Under the pieces are notes generated by a model. The model saw only the letters and a program-made list of their open reading frames with translations, searched no databases and was not told the origin of the DNA. Below are positions 51,759-62,630 of a stretch of 64,000 nucleotides of DNA, piece by piece (the first letter of the stretch is position 1; the number at the start of each line of letters is the position of its first letter). The stretch is from Podospora anserina (lineage: Eukaryota): positions 806,001-870,000 of the forward strand of contig CM030336.1 of assembly GCA_017654855.1 (NCBI GenBank), written 5' to 3'. Made by a program: the position numbers and the translations under genes.

Positions 51759-52556
51759 GATGGGTTGTGGTGGTGGTGGTTTGCTGCTGTGCGGTTGTGT
51801 TTGTTGTATGGTTGAGTTGGACGTCAAGAGTAGATCTTGGATTATGGTCCGCTGTGGACAGAAGGGGGTATATATCCCCATCTGTTCTTCAACTCATGGT
51901 CTTTCACATCGAGATATCTTCCTCCCCAAGTGTGATCTCATACAACGTCATACTTGGTAAGGTGAGCGATGTGGCGTCAGGGTCTGAAAGGCAGGCACGG
52001 CATCAGCAAACGATCTCCTTCCGGAACAGCACACGCAAATGTTGGAATTGCATGGCTGGAAAGTTGATTTGATCAATGGATATTCGGGCCGCGTATTTGT
52101 TGGTCATTCTCACGTTTCCTCGGGTGTACCCGTGACGGGGGTGAAATGACGTCGCTTGGTCTTGGACCCTGAATCCGTCAAAAAGTCGCCACTTTTAGTG
52201 ACCGTTGACATCAGGCACGGGACCCTGTCATTGTGTGTGGCTTGAGTTCGAGATTGAGCATAGATTTGATATTGTTGTGGCTATTTCGTTGTAAGATTTC
52301 GATGGTGAAGGAGAAGGGAGCTCGCAGCAAAGCCGTGGTGATGGTTTCTCACAGCAGGTTGTGAGACTTTTAGCACGGCAATTCTCCTCGCTGATTTCAT
52401 GAACTTGCAATGAGTGAAATAGGCTAACTGTAAAAAGATCACTGCTTGTCATATGTGCTACGGTATTGTAGAAAATATGAGGAGAGTCATACACATCATA
52501 ACCGCTTCATTATTGTACTCCTTTCAAACCCGACCCAACCCATGATGCCTCGCAAA

Positions 52557-53261
52557 TTACATATCCCTTCGAGGTCCATTCACCAACCGGTTCACCGCCA
52601 TACCAGCTAGTGCACTCCCTACAGTGCCCATCTTGGTACTGCCCTTTTCCTCCTTTCTCTTCTCTGCCGCGGCCCCAATAGCAGCAGCACTAAGAGCTGC
52701 TGTCGCAACTCTAGCGCCTTTCGCACCTGTCCAAGACCCAGGCTGGTTCCTCACGCGAAAAGCCTCGATTGCCGCTGCATCAACAGCTGATTTGAGGCCC
52801 TTGTCCATTCGAGCCCTGCTGCGACTCCTTGTTGCCGGATCAGCGTAGGAACTTCTATGGGTGCTCCGGTGACGGGAACGTCTGGAGGGCGATGAGCTGT
52901 GTGCACGACGACGAGAAGAAGTGGTGTAGTGATCATCACCACGGTACGACCGACGGCTGTGATCTCTATGATGGCTGTGGGATCCGGAGTGGTAATGGGA
53001 AGAATGTCGGTGACGATGACCTCGGTCGAAGTCGTCGTAGTCTCTGTCGTACCCTCGGGAGTGGTGTCTGGACCCAGAATAAGATCGATGCTTGTCGTCC
53101 AGGCCAAGCCCTGCCATGGCATCTTCAACCTTGCCTAATGCTTGTCGGCCGAGAGATCGATGCCGTCTTGGCCGGGACTCGTAGTCGTCGTAGTACGCAT
53201 TGTCGTAATCGTAGTCGTAGTCGCGATGGCTGCGGCGTCGGCCGCGGTGATGGTCTGACAT
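52557..53261 (-). CDS. His/Arg/Ser-rich hypothetical protein with conserved-looking C-terminus (DUF3824-associated type)
   Basis: Long ORF from ATG 53261; C-terminal AAIEAFRVRNQPGSWTGAKGARVATAAL and glycine-zipper-like tail. Confidence 0.75.
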   Translation of the reverse strand: MSDHHRGRRRSHRDYDYDYDNAYYDDYESRPRRHRSLGRQALGKVEDAMAGLGLDDKHRSYSGSRHHSRGYDRDYDDFDRGHRHRHSSHYHSGSHSHHRDHSRRSYRGDDHYTTSSRRRAHSSSPSRRSRHRSTHRSSYADPATRSRSRARMDKGLKSAVDAAAIEAFRVRNQPGSWTGAKGARVATAALSAAAIGAAAEKRKEEKGSTKMGTVGSALAGMAVNRLVNGPRRDM

Positions 53262-54495
53262 CTTGTTGCTTACTGCAAGACTCCTAGCGATATATCGAGT
53301 CTCAAATTGAGTGTTGGATTTGTCTCTCAAACGACCAATTCATGAAAAAAGTCAGTGAGGAGTCAACGGGTATTCAATCTCGTCGGAGTCTGCCGCCAAG
53401 ATTCTCCATTATCTTGATTTCGATGCTGGTACTGATATCACCTTGTGGCGTATCTCGTGTCTGTGGGGTTGCGTCACAAGCATCTTCTACTAACCAACTA
53501 AAATACAGGTGACAGTTGATCTCCATCTTCACCGTGAAGCTTGGTGGTTTCGGTGCCGAAATACCGATGGTGGTGTGGAAGTGTGACGGAGCTGTCGGAT
53601 TAGTCATGGTCATTTGGGGGTATCACTGACAGGTATAATAAGAAGTCCACCTCAGCTCATTGCCCCCGTCGCATTTGGCCTTGGAGCTTCCAAGTTCTGC
53701 GCTGTTCATCTCGGCGTGTCAGGTCTGCTCAGGAAGGTGTGCCGTTGTGGACTGGTGGTGGTTGTTTGATTTGTGCGTCTAGCGCATCATCATCATTCAC
53801 TTCCTCTCGGCGGTGGTAAGTTTCTGTCTCCCCCCTAAATTGTAAATGACACATTTGGATGGCCAGGCATTCTCATCACGAGTACGAGACTGAAGCTAGA
53901 TATTCAACGTGAGTGATCCTTCTGCAAATATTGATGATTGACTCGGTGTGCCTGGTGAGTTGCGTCGGCTTATGACGTCATTTCTCCCACCATCGGATCA
54001 AAATTCCAACTCCGAAGGAAGTTGCATTTTCTCAACCAACCACACCGAATGGAAGCTCGCACTCGAATCAATGACCACGCGAAGAATTCCCATGTCCAGA
54101 CACATTCTGCCATCAAGGACGTCAGGATCGCCCGGTCCCACCCCACGCGTTCTGCCCTGAGCCTCACAGCTGCATCCCTCAGATCAAGGTAGCATTGGGA
54201 ACAATATTTTTGCAATAATGGCAGATCAAACCGGCAGGGAATGTGGTGATGCTTCTATGATGAGAAGAGTCTCACTTGAGGGGTCTCTTGGCGGCAGATT
54301 CAGCCAAGATATATTTGCGTCTACCCCTTCACATTAACATCTTTTATGATATCAACCAGTGGGCTCTCACAGCTTTCTTAGAAGCTCACACCACCACCAA
54401 TCCCCGCCGGCTACCATCAACGGGTACGCGATCTCCAAGATCACCCTTATTCGCCACACTCAATCCTCCAGACAACCAAATTCGGGAGCCTAACA

Positions 54496-54930
54496 ATGGC
54501 ACCAACACTCCAACCCCGCCAAGTCGTAGTTACCGACAGTAACGGAAGCAGCGGCGGAGGCCTCGACACCGGCGCCATCGTCGGCATTGTCATCGGCACC
54601 ATCGCGGGCATCCTCCTGCTCTGGTGGATCATCCGCTCCTGCACAAAACCCAACAGCCGCCCTGACCCCGACAGACAAGGCTGGTACGACGACACCCCCC
54701 CTCGCCGGTCTAGGTCCAGGTCTACACACTCTCATCGACACCACCATCACCACGGACGCCATCACAGCAGAAGCCACAGCAGAAGAAGGTCCACTTCTCG
54801 TCCTGTTATACTGGAGAAGCCCGCGAGGGGTTACGCTATCCCAGTCGCTCCGCAGCAGGCCTATGTCTACCCGAGTGCGGGCCGGTCGAGGAGCAGGAGT
54901 CAGGGGAGATATTATGCTTCTGGGTATTAA
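54496..54930 (+). CDS. Small single-pass membrane protein with Arg/Ser/His-rich tail
   Basis: ATG in ACAATGG context; TM segment GAIVGIVIGTIAGILLLWWII. Confidence 0.8.
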   Translation: MAPTLQPRQVVVTDSNGSSGGGLDTGAIVGIVIGTIAGILLLWWIIRSCTKPNSRPDPDRQGWYDDTPPRRSRSRSTHSHRHHHHHGRHHSRSHSRRRSTSRPVILEKPARGYAIPVAPQQAYVYPSAGRSRSRSQGRYYASGY

Positions 54931-55112
54931 AGGAATACGACGATTGGGTATAATGGGGGAACATGATGATGGGAATTATGGCGGCATGGGTAACAAAACA
55001 ATGAATGAATGAGCTTTTCACCGTACATGTACAAATATACCCTTCAGTCTACATACAATTTTAAATCTTTCGCGACCTTTGTCCAGTTCAAAATGCATCT
55101 CTCCACAGCAGC

Positions 55113-56402
55113 TCATCCACGCCTCCTCCCACCCCTCTCCAGCTCTTGCTCAGAAAGACGTCTTGCAGGGGCAGGGGCCCGTGTCTGTTTCTGCATCCTA
55201 GGTGATAGCTCATACTCCTCATACAACCCCAGCGAAGAAGGCCGCTGTCTTTCCAACGGACTCGACCCCTCACGAGATGACTCTCTCCTCGACGGCGGCC
55301 GCTGATAAGAATGCTCCGTCTCCCCATACCCCCTCGAACCGGTGGAATGCCTCTGCCGATGATACTCCTCCTGCTGCGACCTCTTCGCCGCCTTCGCAGC
55401 AAGATACTCCTCCAAATCCGCCCCCGACACAATCTTGCACCCCGCCATGGTAAAAACCTTTCGAATCCACCCCTTGATCATCTCATCCTCCACCTCGGCC
55501 AAGTCCTCCTTCTTGATATACTTTCGGTTAAACTGCCTGTTCCCCGGCGTCTTTCCTGTTAAAAACGACCAAAGGGTGATAGCAAGAGCATAGTAATCAT
55601 CAAACACCGTCGGCGCAGGCAACGGCAGCCCCTGCTCAAGACATTGCATCCTCTTTGGCGTCAAATACGAATTCGTCACATGAAGTGAGTTCCAACGGTC
55701 CTTGTTTTCTTCAATGAACCTCGCCCCGGCAAAATCAACCATCTTCAGCCTCTTCGCCGGCTGCTGCTGCTGCTGGCCGGGAGAGAAAGAAGTAGGCCTG
55801 CAGTTACCCCAGATGAACTTTGACTCTTTGATATTCCCGTGGACGATGCCTCTTTTGTGTAGGTTTTCCACAACGAGAAACATCTCGACGACACACTTGT
55901 GCCGTTTGTGGATGGGAATCCTCCGAGCACGGAAGGGCTCACCACCCTCCATGATTACGGCCTTGGTGCCGGTTGAGGGCCGGGAGCCTTTCCAGACTAC
56001 CCTGCTCAGCGGCCGCATGGTGAGGCTGCCGGCTGCTTCCATCAGCTCAACCTCCCGCGAGGTCATGTTGGACTTGTAGACGAGGTCGTCTGAGAACCGG
56101 TAGAGCATGCCCGTGTTGCCTATCATGGAGGCAATCCACCTTTCTGGGGGGAAGTCGAGGATGGGGTCGTCATCGTCGATTATGAGCGGGAGTGCGGCGG
56201 TGGGAGGGCTGGGCTCGGGGACCCGAGGGATCTCCTCGGAGCGGCGGTACTTGGATCGGTCACGGTGTTTGTGTCTTTGCTCGTTGGTGTCGGTGCGTTC
56301 AAAGTGTCCGAACGAGGCGCGGTGCTGTCTCTTTGATTGGACGTGGAGACGGGCTTCGGATTCGAGGATTTCGTGAATGTGTTCTGCCGAGATTCTGGCC
56401 AT
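55113..56402 (-). CDS. Protein kinase-like fold protein, probable pseudokinase
   Basis: LVYK, REVELME, LHKRGIVHGNIKESKF, KMVDFAGA, DDYYALAITLW. Catalytic Asp and Asn are replaced. Confidence 0.8.
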   Translation of the reverse strand: MARISAEHIHEILESEARLHVQSKRQHRASFGHFERTDTNEQRHKHRDRSKYRRSEEIPRVPEPSPPTAALPLIIDDDDPILDFPPERWIASMIGNTGMLYRFSDDLVYKSNMTSREVELMEAAGSLTMRPLSRVVWKGSRPSTGTKAVIMEGGEPFRARRIPIHKRHKCVVEMFLVVENLHKRGIVHGNIKESKFIWGNCRPTSFSPGQQQQQPAKRLKMVDFAGARFIEENKDRWNSLHVTNSYLTPKRMQCLEQGLPLPAPTVFDDYYALAITLWSFLTGKTPGNRQFNRKYIKKEDLAEVEDEMIKGWIRKVFTMAGCKIVSGADLEEYLAAKAAKRSQQEEYHRQRHSTGSRGYGETEHSYQRPPSRRESSREGSSPLERQRPSSLGLYEEYELSPRMQKQTRAPAPARRLSEQELERGGRRRG

Positions 56403-58071
56403 TGTGTTCTTCAACTTTCAAGTTGAGGAGAGGGGAAGGGGGGGGGGGATATGCAGGTAGGCGCCGTGTGCTAAGCGCGTGGCTGTTGGAAAGGAAGGAG
56501 GAGGATCTGCCTGCTGGGCCATCACGGAGGTGATGGTGGTGGACAAAGGTGAAGGTGAAGGTTTCGGGGACTCCACGTTGAGCGGGCTTGCGCAGCTTTC
56601 TCGCATTCCGGTGGAGGTGTTGGACGGGACTCCGGTGCTTTGTTTGCATCGACAACGTCTTGCGTGGCGGTTTGATTCCATGGGAACAGCAAAAAGTCAA
56701 ACTCTATCTGAACGAATTCCAAAGGAAACAACCACGCTAGCGAGAAAGCCTTGAGTGACAGAAGCCCGGCGCCATGAACGTCACTTCGTTGGTACGTTAC
56801 CACTCGTAGCAGAAGCTCGCCCTGACTATCTCTTCCCGTCTCAGTACACTGCGCCATCCAGGCGGTTCTTCCAGAAAGATTCCATTCTTCTTCGGCTCCA
56901 GTTGCTGTGAGACGGCGGCTATTGTTCATTTACACCGAGCCTTCTCCAATATTCCTTGCGCCTAGCTCGCCTATCTGCATTGTACTACATGTCGTGCCGT
57001 GCGGCATGGTGATCTGGTGGTTGCCCGCCGGCGCCCGCATGTCAAGAACAGATTTGACTCGTAACGCATGCGCCAAAGGATGAAGTCGAGGATAGGTCCC
57101 GGAGTTTCTATCTCTGAGGCTTTATGGTGCCGCTGACACAGCACCACCCACTTGAACCAAGGTAGTGGACCGTGACGGACGGAGGATTGTGGGATAACTT
57201 GAGTTCATCTCATCGTCACAATCGTGATCGCAACGGAGGATGTGATGAGTGTGATTCCGGTGGATGTAGCATCACCACATGGCGGTCAGTCAACTACCGA
57301 CGTCCAAATTCCTATATTTTACCAGATAATTCCAGTTTCTGGGATCGCTTAGGATCGTTTTCTCCTATCACCACCTCCATCAGCTCGAAATCCACAAGTC
57401 GGGCAGATATTTCCCCACAGAGATGGCGGACTCGTTCTCTTTTGGTGCCGTCACGCATGGCAGATGGGCGACTATTAGCGCCTCACAGCATGGCCCCCGG
57501 TGATGTCGCGCTCCTTCCAGCCTCTTGGTTGCATCCGCCAAGACGACCTCGACCGACGTCTGGGGCAACCTGCCGGACCAACCACCAAGTCACAAATTCG
57601 GACCAATCACAAGATGTTCATCGTGACGGACATGCCAAGGGCGGCAAGCACACCTATTTTTACACCTGTGGACATCTGGGCATCGGACGGTGCTGGACCC
57701 CAGATAATAACTCCCATTTCACCCCCAGCAGTTCCGTCGGTGAGATGCGATTCGCAAAGGATGGCTCCGTGATGATAATTTCTCGCATGATAGCAAGAGT
57801 CTTGTCAGCTTGGCATCATGGAAGCTTCTGCACTTTCTGCACATCTGCACTCCACCGCCTCCACACTTTTCCATGCCACCGCCATGCTGAGGGAGTTGAG
57901 GGATTGAGACCTCGATCTGGCTCAGGCCCGAGCGTCCTGTATAAGGTGTGATTGAGCCCATGCATGGAAGGACAAGGTTCCTGTTGATCCAATTCCAACC
58001 TCAACATCAGTTGATCTTGAGCGTGTCTTCTCTTTTGTTGTCCGGCTCGTTGCCACAAGCTTCTCGTCAAG

Positions 58072-59910
58072 ATGTGTACCTACGACTACACGCCATACAC
58101 CGGCTGCAAGCAAGGTGAGCAGCATTTCTACATCCAGTGGATGAAGTGCAGCAAGGCCATCGAGACGGGTGGCAAGTACTGCCCACCGGAGTTGTCTGTC
58201 GAGGTCGACGCTATCCGCAAGCTGTCCGGCAACGTTCTCTCATGTCCTGTCCACGGCCCCATCGCCATTGAACAACACGAGTTTGACTTTGTCGTCGCCA
58301 AGGTCCCAGTCGAGCAACCCCATGACCAGCCCGCTCGCCGGGGAAGGTCTCGCACAGCTTCACGACGAGGGACAAGTGTGAGCCGGTCCAACAGAACACC
58401 CAAGACCGACACATTCGGAAGGGACTTTGAGGAGCTTCCAGAGAAGAAAAGACGGGAGTCAAGGGCTGTTTCACCAACGGAATCTGTCAACTCGGAGTCT
58501 TCTGGTACCATTCCAGCTCGACCCAGGACATCGGATGGACTCAAGAAGGCGGATAGGAGTGGAAGTCAGGATAGGCGGAGGAGCTCCGTGGCTCACTCAC
58601 ACCGGCGTGTAAGCTCAGCAGACCTCAACTTGATGCCTCGTCGTGCGTCCACCCTGCGTCAAAGCAAGGGTGACAGGCAGTTGCCACCACCGGCTGAGAT
58701 TCCCGAGCATGCGGAAGCACAGGAGGAGGAACCACGTGGTCGTCAGCCACGACCCAAGACCACGGTACATATTCCTGCTGGGACTGGCATGATCGGCTTG
58801 CCCTCCAGTCCAGACATGAACAAGAGATCACCGGTGAGCCGTGCCAAGAGTGAAGGCAGGCCAACGCCGCCTGATACACTCACGGCAAGAATTGACACAG
58901 CATTATCACCCAACACAGCGCTGGGCTCAAGCGACAGCTCCCCTGAGCATCCATCCGAACCTCTTCCATTTGGCCCAAGGCGATCCAGCGTCAGGAGGAC
59001 CACCACCCGCAGCATCCGCAAATCCACAGACGAAGGCCCTATGGGTCGCATCGACGAGCACGTTGCCTCAGGAGAGGACGAAGACCAGCTCCAAGCCAGC
59101 GGCCTTCACATCACGACCTCAAACATCACCCGCTCAGGAACAAACCGCACCACCCGATCATCCAGGGTCGGCATCTCCCCCGAATCCGAATCTGACTTCC
59201 GATTCCCACCACCTCCCAGCCGCAGCAATAACTCCTCCCCCATCTCCCGCCGCGGCAGCGAGACCCGCCCTCCCATGCCCGCCAGCCCCCTCTCCCCTGT
59301 CTTTCCCCGCTACAACAGCTACACCAGCAACGACGACGCCTCTTCCCTCCGAAGCAACCAAAGCAAAACCTCCCGCCGCTTCGAAGACCAAGTCGCCGAA
59401 GGCAGAAAATGGGCCGCCGCAAGAGAGCAACACATGTCCATCCTGGCCAACCATTCCGAGCCTAACCTCCCGCTCGCTGGTGTCCAAAGCAGAAGGGAAT
59501 CAGCCGACAGCGGGTACCGCAGCGGCCACCAGGGACAGCTGCCCATCCCACCTAATTCCCCTCCACCAAGGCAGACAACCCCCAACCCCATCCAGCAAGA
59601 ACCAAAGAGACGGACGTTGCAGAAACATAACGGCCAAGCGCCCTATCAGACTGATCTTGGGTTGCCATCGCCCAACACGTTGTCTCAGCGGAGACCGGCG
59701 CCGTTGCAGTTGGGAAATGTGCCGCCCTGTGCGCTGCCTGTGTCGCTTTACTCGCCTTCGCCTCTTGGTCAGAGTGGTGGGACTTCGAGCGGGGAGGTCA
59801 GCCCGGGGAATGTGAAGGGGAAGGTGCCGCTTTTGCAGAGGATGGGGTTGAAGAAGAAGATTAGTGGGTTGTGGGAGAAGGGGGGGAGTCAGAGGGCCGT
59901 CGAAGCTTGA
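58072..59910 (+). CDS. Hypothetical Ser/Arg/Pro-rich protein with N-terminal Cys/His motif
   Basis: 612-aa intronless ORF; MC-x9-C-x5-H...C...C...C-x2-H N-terminus; TATA-like TATAAG at ~57940. Confidence 0.85.
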   Translation: MCTYDYTPYTGCKQGEQHFYIQWMKCSKAIETGGKYCPPELSVEVDAIRKLSGNVLSCPVHGPIAIEQHEFDFVVAKVPVEQPHDQPARRGRSRTASRRGTSVSRSNRTPKTDTFGRDFEELPEKKRRESRAVSPTESVNSESSGTIPARPRTSDGLKKADRSGSQDRRRSSVAHSHRRVSSADLNLMPRRASTLRQSKGDRQLPPPAEIPEHAEAQEEEPRGRQPRPKTTVHIPAGTGMIGLPSSPDMNKRSPVSRAKSEGRPTPPDTLTARIDTALSPNTALGSSDSSPEHPSEPLPFGPRRSSVRRTTTRSIRKSTDEGPMGRIDEHVASGEDEDQLQASGLHITTSNITRSGTNRTTRSSRVGISPESESDFRFPPPPSRSNNSSPISRRGSETRPPMPASPLSPVFPRYNSYTSNDDASSLRSNQSKTSRRFEDQVAEGRKWAAAREQHMSILANHSEPNLPLAGVQSRRESADSGYRSGHQGQLPIPPNSPPPRQTTPNPIQQEPKRRTLQKHNGQAPYQTDLGLPSPNTLSQRRPAPLQLGNVPPCALPVSLYSPSPLGQSGGTSSGEVSPGNVKGKVPLLQRMGLKKKISGLWEKGGSQRAVEA

Positions 59911-60395
59911 TCGGGTCTGTTCATTCATTGGAGAAGTGAACTTTTATTTTGTTCATTTTTTTCATTTTGCATATACTTGCTGTATCATTACTGGGGTGTT
60001 ATTACATTGTAGCATTAGCATTGGGAGGGTCAGTTGATGAAGAATATTGGGAAGAACAGATACCCCGCCTAGATATGTTCGCTTAAGGAGCAGCTTGTTA
60101 GATTGACTTGAAGTAATTCAGATTGTATCGTGAGTTTTATGCAAAGAATGTCGATGCAGCATGTTGAGATCATCAGAGCAGCGTTGCACAGAAGCGGGCA
60201 GTGCCCCTGTAAGGGAGTCAGTCCATGAGCATTGGGCTGCCCTGGTTTACTTACAGTCATCCTGGCATATTACATCTGAGTGGATGGAGGAAGATGTGCG
60301 GGCTCAGAAGCAAAGAAAAGGAAAAAATGTTGGAACATCATCTTCCTGACAGTTTTGATGTAGGTGTTGGAGGTAGTGCAGAAAGGCAAAAGATA

Positions 60396-60492
60396 TGGGC
60401 GACCCCGGAATCGAACCGGGGTTTCTTCGGATCGTATGTGATGTTCTGAGAACAACCACAACGAAGCGTCCTGACCACTAGACTAGTCACCC
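60396..60492 (-). tRNA. tRNA-His(GTG) with ~25-nt intron
   Basis: Acceptor GGGTGAC/GTCGCCC, D arm, anticodon stem CTTCG/CGAAG with TT-GTG-G then intron, T arm CCCGG-TTCGATT-CCGGG. Confidence 0.95.
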
Positions 60493-60851
60493 GGTGAGGT
60501 ATTATTGGATGGGATAAAGGTGTGAATTCTCAGTACATGACAATAACCACAAACTGCCTCTCCATTCGCTTCAAGGGCTGGTTTTCTTCACCTTCACCAA
60601 GCACAAGATTACCCGTTAATATTCGAGATAGCTCTTTCCCACACTAACAGGTCTCCCGTTCACCGAACTAGTCGGTCGCAAATCCTTGCTGAAGCGCTGA
60701 CGACGTCGATTGGACGGCAGCGCCTGTTGCCTTGGCTGCACCTCGGCCGCAATGTTGCTTTTAGAAGCAAAGAAAAGACTGAGCCTACTCATCATCTTCT
60801 ACAAAAACATTTGTTTGGCACCCTACGTTTGTATGTCACCCAGCCGACATC

Positions 60852-61773
60852 ATGGAGTTGCGTGATGACTATGAGACGCTTGCCTACATCGTCAAAACCA
60901 ACAAAGCACTGACGCCGTTGAGCCGGGAGACTCAACGCTTTCTGCTTATGAACTTCCTCTCACTGCATCAAAAAGTAATTCTGCGTCTTCGAGCGGAGAT
61001 GATGGCCACGGTTACAGAGGTGCGCGAGCAAAATCGATCTCAGAGCCGAGGGACGATTCGACACCGGCGTACCATCTTACATGGCGGCGAGACTTTGAAT
61101 TCGAGAATGGGGTCACTTCTCAGTCGATAAGGTACCTAATCTTTCATTTATTTTGTCATATTGACGAGTACTTCTTGACTCTAATCGATGTGCCCTCGAT
61201 AGCTGATGCCATTCGTAACTGTGAAACCTTATCCCATGAGACGATATCAATGATCGACCCATTGATGCAATCCCGCTTTCAAAAGATTGTCGATAGGGTT
61301 CTTGAATCCCTTGGATCGAGAGACCGTCGATTCATGCAACAAATGAGGTCGATAGTTGATACGGAATGGCGCGAAAGGATTGTTCTCCCTGACAGTCACA
61401 GGCCTGTACCAAACATAAGTGAACTGGAAGAACTGAAATCCGGGCCGTTTCGCGCCAGCTTTCGAGAATTGAACAGAAAAGTGCGGTTTGAGAGGCAGAA
61501 GACGGAGGCATTTACAGAGCGATTTTGGATGGGTGTTTCGGGGGCGTTGCAGTAATCGCACCCATGATTCTGATGGTCTTGAAACCGGACAGGAACACGA
61601 GCTTGGTCACCGTCTCAGTTGCCACGGTATTGTTCATCCTCGTCCTTGCCATTGGAGGAAAGGGACTGGGCGGTAAAGACGTGCTGGCAGCAACGGCGGC
61701 TTACGCTGCGGTGTTGGTTGTCTTCGTTGGTACAAGCATGGCTCCAGCTTCTGGAGGCGCGGGAGAGACTTGA
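60852..61773 (+). pseudogene. DUF6594-like membrane protein pseudogene
   Basis: C-terminal TM helices ending ATAAYAAVLVVFVG. Premature TAA at 61128-61130 just before intron 61132-61202, and a 1-nt frameshift near 61535. Confidence 0.7.
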
Positions 61774-62630
61774 ATACGGGACAGGAACGGGCACTGATGA
61801 CTTGATGACCTGCTTTTTTGTACTTTACCAGAACTATGACTTATGATCTAGAACACGATATTCGAGAGGCATTTTATTTGAGTTCCCTGAACGTGTCACA
61901 CCCTGTCCAGCAACCAACCCGGACCGCCGGTGATTTCTCAACTCTGCCCTTTCCACGCAACAACTTGCTCCTATCCTCTTCCTTTCCATTCCTTGACCAT
62001 TCCCAATAAAGATTACTGCAATCCACCTCCTACTTAGCCTTCTTATACACCCCATGCTGCAACGCCTCAGGATTATGCTGCACATGATGTCCGTGCTGAT
62101 CCGTAAACAGCACCTGTCACAGACAAATAATCAGCCTTATTCCATTTATCCACCTCTGTATACCGGCTCAACATACCTTAGGAGGGTGCTTCACCCCTTC
62201 CTTCTCTGCCTCCTTCTCCGTCGTCACAACCTTCTCCACCTCCCCCTCATGTCTGCCGCCTCGCGAGCGGGCAAAAACATGGTCTCCTTCGTGAATCGGT
62301 TCGCCGTTTTTGTCTTTGAGGGTCGGCATCTTGAATTGGCTTTTGTGCAGAGACGAGGTTCGATGGATATGTCACACTTCAGATTAGAACGGGCTTTTCT
62401 GGATGGTGGTTGAGGTTGTTCTGTTTGAAGATTCGCAAAATATTTGGAGAGGGAGATGGTGACGTCACAAATGCTTTCATGGGCGCTGCTTTTTGTGACG
62501 TGGGTTGTTTTCATGATACACGATAAACTCTCCAATCGGGGTCCCTGATTAAGTTCTATCTACACTAGATACGTTCAATTGTCGGCTGTAATCGTCTGTC
62601 AGACGGTAACCAACAGAATTCTATTTTATT

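Noticed and set aside
57172-57951. 259-aa + strand ORF upstream of the 58072 gene
   Set aside because: Non-ATG start, no domain, and lies in a divergent promoter region.
62054-62535. Overlapping short ORFs between the two pseudogenes
   Set aside because: No supported gene model; may be another fragment but could not be assigned.
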